Assembly (NCBI GenBank): GCA_963664395.2
Contig: OY761159.2
Span: forward strand, 1,280,001 to 1,344,000
DNA from: Candidatus Binatia bacterium
Lineage (GTDB): Bacteria > Desulfobacterota > Binatia > Bin18
Direction: 5' to 3'
Length of the DNA stretch: 64,000 nucleotides
The notes beneath the pieces were generated by a model that saw only the letters and a list, made by a program, of their open reading frames with translations, ran no database searches and was not told the DNA's origin. The first letter of the stretch is position 1. The number at the start of each line of letters is the position of its first letter. A program made the translations under genes and the position numbers. Of the stretch, positions 58,048-64,000 are shown piece by piece.

Positions 58048-58761
58048 ATGCACTATCTTGATCTCAACCGGGTCAATACTATTGACCCGGCAGCTTTTCA
58101 AGCACAGAAGCCCTATCCCTGGATCAACCCGCAGGGATTACTCACCCCAGAAGGCTATCACAGACTTTTGGCGCATCTGCCCGCGCAAGAACAGTTCACA
58201 CCCAGCTTTGGCAGACAGCGCGCCCACGGCCAGCGCAGTCATGACCGTTTTATGTTGGCCTATCACGACGCCCTCCCGGTGGCCCAGGAATGGAAAGATT
58301 TTATTGCCGAGCTGCGTGGCTCGACCTATCAGGATTTTCTCGGTCGTTTACTCGGCACGCGCGCTTTCGAACTACGCTTTCACTGGCACTACACCCCGCG
58401 CGGCTGTTCCATCTCGCCCCATTGCGACGCCAAGCATAAGCTTGGATCATATATTTTTTATTTCAACACCGAACAGGATTGGGACCCAAGCTGGGGGGGT
58501 CAGACCTTGCTCCTCGACGACGGAGGTCGCTTCCCACGCACCTCCGCGCCAGAGATAAAGGAGTTTGATAGCGTCTCACCCTCACACGCCATGGGCAATT
58601 CCAGCCTGCTCTTCGCCCGCAACGGCAGCTCCTGGCACGCCATGCGGCCGCTGCAGTGCCCGGAAGACCGGCTGCGCAAGGTCTTTATCGTTGTGATAAA
58701 TCACTTTGGACCGGTCGAACGTTTGAAACGATTTTTTGGCTGGAAAGCGAAAGGGTATTAA
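58048..58761 (+). CDS. 2OG-Fe(II) oxygenase
   Basis: PYPW, SPHCD, WGGQTL, SWHA..P..R.VF. Confidence 0.85.
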   Translation: MHYLDLNRVNTIDPAAFQAQKPYPWINPQGLLTPEGYHRLLAHLPAQEQFTPSFGRQRAHGQRSHDRFMLAYHDALPVAQEWKDFIAELRGSTYQDFLGRLLGTRAFELRFHWHYTPRGCSISPHCDAKHKLGSYIFYFNTEQDWDPSWGGQTLLLDDGGRFPRTSAPEIKEFDSVSPSHAMGNSSLLFARNGSSWHAMRPLQCPEDRLRKVFIVVINHFGPVERLKRFFGWKAKGY

Positions 58762-59181
58762 GCGGAGGCGAGAGAAAAAATTTTCTTCAATGGGTTAAGA
58801 CAAGCTGCATTCCCGACTGAAGCTTATCAAGATACGGCTGAGTTGCCGTATAATACCTGTTGTGGGCGGAACGGTCGCCAATAGTCTTTGCCTCTGTAAG
58901 CGCATTTTTTAGAGCCTTTTTCGATTCACGGCCTAAAGGGAGCCCAGATGGTTCCACAGCGCGGTTAATAATATCTTTAAGTATAAAATAATTATTGTCT
59001 TGTCGAATTTCTGCCCCTAGCCATAGAAGCCCTCCTGACAGACGTATTCCTCGCCTGTCGGTAATGAAAACTGTTCGTCAAACGCTAGAGACGTTTGACA
59101 GAAATTCGGCGCAACCTTGCGCCGAGAGAACCTTCCAGAAATAATACCCTTTCACTTTTCCGCCCTGAAGAGGAATTCTCT

Positions 59182-59886
59182 ATGACTACCAGCCCACACT
59201 GTTTAGTTATCGGTGTTGGACCCGGTTTGGGCATGGGCTGCGTGCGGCGCTTTGCTGCCGGTGGCTACCGGGTGTCGATGATCGCCCGGCATGCCGGGCG
59301 GCTGGAGTCGTGGGCTGCCGAAATTGACGGCAGCGCCGGATTTCCCGTGGATGTCGCCGCTGAGGGCGCATTCCGCCGGACGCTCAGCCACATTGTCGCC
59401 GAGCACGGACTGCCGGAAGTCGTGGTGTATAATGCCGCGCGGGCGACGTTGGGGCATTATAGCGACATCAGCATGGAGGACTTTGCACTCAATTTTCGCA
59501 CGAATACCGCCGGCCTCCTGATCCTTGCCCAAGAGTTGGCTCCGGCCATGGTAGAACGCGGTTCCGGTTCGCTCATGGTCACCGGCAATACCGGTTCGCT
59601 ACGGGGCACGCCGAATTTTGTGGGTTGGTCCCCAACCAAGGCCGGACAACGTATCCTGGCCGAATGCCTGGCCCGCGAGCTTGGACCAAACGGGATTCAT
59701 GTAGCCTATATTGTCGTTGATGCCCTGATCGATATGCCCTTTGCCCGTCGCGGCTTCCCCGACAAGCCCAAAGATTTCTTTTCCCAGCCAGCAGATTTGG
59801 CAGAAACGGTTTTTCAGACCGCCCATCAGCCCAAGTCCGCCTGGTCGTTTCTGGTTGAGTTACGACCGTTCGGGGAAAAATGGTAG
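59182..59886 (+). CDS. Short-chain dehydrogenase/reductase
   Basis: GVGPGLG, YNAA, TGNT, ARELGPNGIHV, ELRPFGEKW. Confidence 0.9.
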   Translation: MTTSPHCLVIGVGPGLGMGCVRRFAAGGYRVSMIARHAGRLESWAAEIDGSAGFPVDVAAEGAFRRTLSHIVAEHGLPEVVVYNAARATLGHYSDISMEDFALNFRTNTAGLLILAQELAPAMVERGSGSLMVTGNTGSLRGTPNFVGWSPTKAGQRILAECLARELGPNGIHVAYIVVDALIDMPFARRGFPDKPKDFFSQPADLAETVFQTAHQPKSAWSFLVELRPFGEKW

Positions 59887-59951
59887 CCATTTCCCACCCG
59901 TTTGCAGAGCGTTGATAGGTTCAGCCGGCTTTATCGAGAACGAGGACAGCA

Positions 59952-61109
59952 ATGGATCATGAGTTGAGCGCCGAAGAAACGCAATTGGTCGAGACTGCGA
60001 AAACATTTGCCGCAGAAAAAATTGCCCCTTTTGCCGCAGAGTGGGAACTCAACCGGACAGTGCCTCTCTCTCCCTTCCGGGAGGCAGCAGCCGTGGGCCT
60101 CACCGGAGTGCTGGTACCCAAAGCAGTCGGTGGACAAGGTGCCAGCCATATGGCGGCTGCCAGAGTACTGGAGGAGCTGGCCGGGGCGTGCTTTGCCTTT
60201 ACCTTTAGCCTCTGGGTCCACAACAACATGCTCAACACTATTGCCCGCAATGGCACGCCGGACCAAATCGAGCGCTACGTTCCACCGATGCTGGCAGGAG
60301 AAAGAATCGGGGCGTTTTGCTTGACGGAGCCCGGTGCCGGCAGTGATGCCGCAGCGATTACAACACTAGCCGAGAAATCGACTGACGGCTGGCGGCTGAG
60401 TGGAGAGAAAGCCTGGGTCACAAATGGCGTCAGTGCAGATGTGTTTGGAGTCTATGCTCAGACCGCCCACGCCCAGGGCTGGCGGGGTATTGCCAGCTTT
60501 CTGATGGCTGGAGATACCCCAGGTCTTGAACGCACACCACAGTACACCATGCTTGGTGGCCATGCGTTGGGAGCCGCTGGTCTCGCGCTGACACACTGTC
60601 CGGTTCCCGAGGCAGATATGCTGTTTGGCCCAGGAGACGGATTTAAGGCGGCCATGCGGGGCATCAATATGGCGCGGACGTTTGTTGGTGCGGGCTGCTG
60701 TGGCATGCTGCATGCCAGCCTCAAAACCGCATTGGCGTATGGAGCAAAGCGGCACGCATTTGGCAAACCGATTCTGAGCTTTCAGGGCCTGCAATGGGAA
60801 CTTGCCGACGTGGCAACTGATCTTGAGGCGGCGCGGTTACTGACGTATCGCGCCGCTGCGACCCTGGACCGGGGGGAGAGCGCCGTTGCTGAGGCCGCAC
60901 ACGCCAAGAAATTCGCCAGCCGAGTGGCGCTCACAGGCGTCTCACAGTGTATGCAGGTCATGGGCGCAGAAGGATTACGCACCAACAGCCCACTTGGTCG
61001 GCACTTGGCCATGGCCAAGATGACTCAATACATGGACGGAGCGACGGAAATTCAGAATATTGTGATCAGCCGCACGCTGCTCAAAGAATACGGCCTTGAC
61101 GTTGGGTGA
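59952..61109 (+). CDS. Acyl-CoA dehydrogenase family protein
   Basis: FCLTEPGAGSDA, GEKAWVTNG, R.AFGKP, DGATEIQ. Confidence 0.92.
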   Translation: MDHELSAEETQLVETAKTFAAEKIAPFAAEWELNRTVPLSPFREAAAVGLTGVLVPKAVGGQGASHMAAARVLEELAGACFAFTFSLWVHNNMLNTIARNGTPDQIERYVPPMLAGERIGAFCLTEPGAGSDAAAITTLAEKSTDGWRLSGEKAWVTNGVSADVFGVYAQTAHAQGWRGIASFLMAGDTPGLERTPQYTMLGGHALGAAGLALTHCPVPEADMLFGPGDGFKAAMRGINMARTFVGAGCCGMLHASLKTALAYGAKRHAFGKPILSFQGLQWELADVATDLEAARLLTYRAAATLDRGESAVAEAAHAKKFASRVALTGVSQCMQVMGAEGLRTNSPLGRHLAMAKMTQYMDGATEIQNIVISRTLLKEYGLDVG

Positions 61110-61182
61110 GAGATTTTCCCGGACGCTGCTTTACCTCTCTCCAACGGCGTCGTCGTTCAGGAGCGGGAAGCCGGCGAGAAGG

Positions 61183-62004
61183 TCAACGCGTCTCGCAAAA
61201 CCGCTCAAACAACCCTGGGTCGATCCTCTTCTTTTTTCTCTCAAAGAAATACATCTTGGTCCAGGCAGCGAAATAACAGAGTTCTATGAAGGGCAGATAA
61301 GGACGAAAGTCAGGCACACCGTCTCGAAAGAGATGCTGGAAAAAGGGGGTTTGAAACGGACCGAGCCAACGGGCCAAAGCGCTTGTCACACCCGTTCCAA
61401 TCAATTGATCCTTACGCAAACTGTCTGCATCAACGCCGCATACCATGCCATCTCTGTGGGTTACGATGAAATTTTTGCGGACGGCGTCCACATAATCAAA
61501 TCCTATCCAGACGGACTCCGGGGCCAGTTTCTCCGCAGCGGTACCGAGACTACGGTATACAGACTCTGAAAGAATGCCGACCTGATTGAGGATGGAAAGG
61601 TCACGCTGGAGCCGATACAAGACGGTCGTCTCCGCTATACTCACGGCCTGAGCACTGTGGCGATACGTCGCTGCGTAGAAATTCGCTATCTTTTCGACTA
61701 GGGCGGCATCGACAGTGGTAATCGGGCTGCCCTCAACATATTCGAGCCACAGTTCATGCTCATACCGGATGGCAACGGCCGGGAAATAGGGACTGCCTTT
61801 GAATGCCTCTAAATTTCGCTCGAATTCCGCCGCAAGCGCAGTGTCGCGCAGAATGAGCCGTTTGAAACGTTTCCCATTGCGTGTTGTAAACAGAGTCTGT
61901 TGCGAGTTTTGGAGACGGTTGCCAACCGCACGGGAGCACAGATACCGTAACCGCCGCGCAAGACGGAAGGTCTTTGCCTCAGCCGAGAAGCGTCCTCTCA
62001 ACAT
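61183..62004 (-). CDS. Hypothetical protein, possible APH/protein-kinase-like fold
   Basis: KRFKR, LEYVEG, DYVDAVRKNF, GVDADSL resemble kinase catalytic and DFG-like loops. Confidence 0.55.
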   Translation of the reverse strand: MLRGRFSAEAKTFRLARRLRYLCSRAVGNRLQNSQQTLFTTRNGKRFKRLILRDTALAAEFERNLEAFKGSPYFPAVAIRYEHELWLEYVEGSPITTVDAALVEKIANFYAATYRHSAQAVSIAETTVLYRLQRDLSILNQVGILSESVYRSLGTAAEKLAPESVWIGFDYVDAVRKNFIVTHRDGMVCGVDADSLRKDQLIGTGVTSALARWLGPFQTPFFQHLFRDGVPDFRPYLPFIELCYFAAWTKMYFFERKKKRIDPGLFERFCETR

Positions 62005-62007
62005 AGA

Positions 62008-63252
62008 ATGCTCATGAATATATCAACAACCAGTAATGGAGGAAATCCCCTTGGCCATACAGATGGCAGACATATTGGGATTTTTGTCCGCTCGTTTGGC
62101 GGCGGCGGCGGCGCGGAGCGCGTTATGCTCAACCTTGCCGCAGCATTAGCCGATCGCGACTATCGTATTGATCTCGTTATGGGCCGTAAAAAAGGGCATT
62201 TCCTGGAGGAAATTCCAGACACTGTCAATATCGTTGATCTCAGTCCCCCTTCAGCACATCGGCTGTTACCCACGCTGATGAATATGCGGCATATCAGTAG
62301 GCTACTCGGTTCAGACGTATTCAACCGCAAAGCCGCCTGGATTTTCGGGATTGTCCCCGCCTTGGCAGCATACCTGAACAGTCGGCAGCCCACGGTTCTA
62401 TTGTCCGCGCTCGACTACACCAATATTGCCGCACTGTTAGCGCAGCGTTTGAGCGCGAGTTCGACACGTCTGGCAATCAGCATACATAATCACCTGTCTA
62501 CGGCCGCAGCACGAGCGAGCAAACCGCACGAACGGAAAATCCCCCAACTGGCCCGCCGTTTCTACCCCGAGGCGGACCGGATTGTTGCGGTGTCGGATGG
62601 CGTCGCTGCCGATCTGGCTCAGGTGATAGACGTACCGCGCTCGCGCATTGCAACGATTTATAATCCTATTTTTCGTCCGGAGATCCTCATTCAGGCTCAA
62701 GCGCGACTCGATCATGCCTGGTTTACTCCAGGCGCTCCCCCTGTGATCCTCGCTATTGGCAAACTCAAGCCTCAGAAAGATTTTGCCTGTCTGATTCGAG
62801 CATTTGCTCGCGTTCGAGCTATACGTCCGGCTCGGCTACTCATTCTCGGCGAAGGGCCACAGCGAGAAGCGCTACTCTCTCTGGCGCGCAAACTCAATGT
62901 CGAAAATGATGTGGCTCTGCCTGGTTTTGTCGCCAATCCTTTTGCGTATATTGGCCGGGCCGCCGTCTTTGTCCTGTCTTCTGCCTGGGAGGGACTGTCG
63001 AACGTCATTATCGAAGCGCTCGCCTGCGGCTGTCCAGTGGTGAGCACAGATTGTCCGAGCGGCCCGGCGGAAATCCTGGACGGAGGAACGTATGGCAGGC
63101 TCGTGCCTGTGGGAGATGACGCGGCCTTAGCCAATGCCATCTTGGCAACGCTGGACAATCCTCCCCCTCGGGACCGCTTACGCGACCGGGCACAGTTCTT
63201 CTCCGTTGACTGCGCGGTCGAGCGCTACCTCGACGTTCTGCTGGGAGATTGA
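62008..63252 (+). CDS. GT4 glycosyltransferase (WabH-like)
   Basis: GGAERVMLNLA, IYNP, KDF..LI.AF, SSAWEGLSNVIIEALACG, DCPSGPAEIL. Confidence 0.92.
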   Translation: MLMNISTTSNGGNPLGHTDGRHIGIFVRSFGGGGGAERVMLNLAAALADRDYRIDLVMGRKKGHFLEEIPDTVNIVDLSPPSAHRLLPTLMNMRHISRLLGSDVFNRKAAWIFGIVPALAAYLNSRQPTVLLSALDYTNIAALLAQRLSASSTRLAISIHNHLSTAAARASKPHERKIPQLARRFYPEADRIVAVSDGVAADLAQVIDVPRSRIATIYNPIFRPEILIQAQARLDHAWFTPGAPPVILAIGKLKPQKDFACLIRAFARVRAIRPARLLILGEGPQREALLSLARKLNVENDVALPGFVANPFAYIGRAAVFVLSSAWEGLSNVIIEALACGCPVVSTDCPSGPAEILDGGTYGRLVPVGDDAALANAILATLDNPPPRDRLRDRAQFFSVDCAVERYLDVLLGD

Positions 63253-63280
63253 ATGAGACTCGTGAAGGTTGGCGTGGGCA

Positions 63281-64000
63281 TTACAGCTCGACGCTCGGCA
63301 GGGACGCTGGCAGCGCAGCTAGCGAAGCCGATAGACGGGAGAAGTGGGTGCGGACTTGGGCCAAATCTTCCGGCGTATCAGTCTCGGCCCACCACAGGCC
63401 CTCGATTGAGGCGACTTCGACTGAGTTGGATGAGTCGGCCATGGAATCGATGACTGACAAATACCAGCGCTGGAGCGAGGTTGGATCGCGCATGGCTTTC
63501 TCCACAGTAGCCTGAAATGCGTTCACGCCAGTGGCGCGAAACGTCATGAGCCCGATAGATTCGCCATGCACAACAGCCGGTGGCAATGTTTTCCCAACCG
63601 CCGCAAGGCTGCGCTCGTGTCGAATCGAGACCTTCATGTCATCGTCGTCATAGCTTGGCTTCCGATCTATAGCCAGGGTTACAGGGGCAAGCGGAGCGCG
63701 CAGGAGACGCTCTAACACAGCGGGTTCAAACAAGGTATCGCCGTTCAGCAGGACAAAATCCTCAGTCATCTCCGGGATGGCTGTCCAGCACGTGGCGAGA
63801 TTATTCGATACTGCAAAAAAAGGATTAAAGCGGGTGGTCACTGCGATCTCTGGCAGCAGGCTGCGGGTGAGAAAGTCTGCTATGAAATCTTCTACTTGGT
63901 CTGCCCCAAACCCGACCATCACCGTCACGTGTTGAATACCGCACGCGGCGAGAGCCCGGAGTTGGATTTCCAGAGCGGGCCGACTCCCGTCAACTGCTAA
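63281..64000 (-). CDS. Phosphocholine cytidylyltransferase (LicC)-family NTP-transferase, CpgD-like (5' end outside window)
   Basis: Frame open to the window edge; FNPFF..NNL.TCW, LNGDTLF, YDDDDMKV, GESIG, WAETD..DL. Confidence 0.82.
   Translation of the reverse strand, partial: LAVDGSRPALEIQLRALAACGIQHVTVMVGFGADQVEDFIADFLTRSLLPEIAVTTRFNPFFAVSNNLATCWTAIPEMTEDFVLLNGDTLFEPAVLERLLRAPLAPVTLAIDRKPSYDDDDMKVSIRHERSLAAVGKTLPPAVVHGESIGLMTFRATGVNAFQATVEKAMRDPTSLQRWYLSVIDSMADSSNSVEVASIEGLWWAETDTPEDLAQVRTHFSRLSASLAALPASLPSVEL

Noticed and set aside
58823-58851. SAM-I riboswitch-like start (CTTATCAAGA)
   Set aside because: Lacks the GAGGGA and GCAACC core; only a 7-bp hairpin ATACGGC/GCCGTAT

Overview
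GC-rich bacterial window. The gene content resembles Candidatus Binatia (Desulfobacterota_B), possibly host- or sponge-associated; this assignment is inference only. (1) 1-8 kb: a DUF1329-like gene divergent from a KstR2-like TetR, two tandem AMIN+TPR secreted paralogs and a lipoprotein. These are followed by a 2.2-kb block of decayed surface-protein genes bounded by palindrome ends and carrying a MITE with clear terminal inverted repeats (TIRs) and a target-site duplication (TSD). (2) 8-31 kb: a catabolic gene patch (two D-aminoacylase-like amidohydrolases, class III CoA-transferase, SMP-30 lactonases, thiolase-like/DUF35 pair, LLM monooxygenases, GlcG/HbpS, NTF2 proteins) with many pseudogene fragments, then an internally deleted adenylate cyclase. 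(3) 31.6-34.8 kb: lanthanide-type methanol dehydrogenase xoxF followed by a fused XoxJ-cytochrome c gene. (4) 37-64 kb, the main system: an extended sphingolipid locus. It holds cerR-spt-bcerS-like core genes, a desaturase, Caulobacter CpgA/B/C-like genes, two NTP-transferases, a second CDP-alcohol phosphotransferase, an MsbA-like exporter, an ELM1/GtrOC1 protein, a translationally coupled gpmA, a 2OG-Fe(II) oxygenase, a kinase-like protein and a GT4. The ceramide-kinase-like gene carries two REP-like palindromes inside its reading frame. No rRNA, tRNA or CRISPR array was seen. All protein calls come from motif recognition by eye, not database searches.
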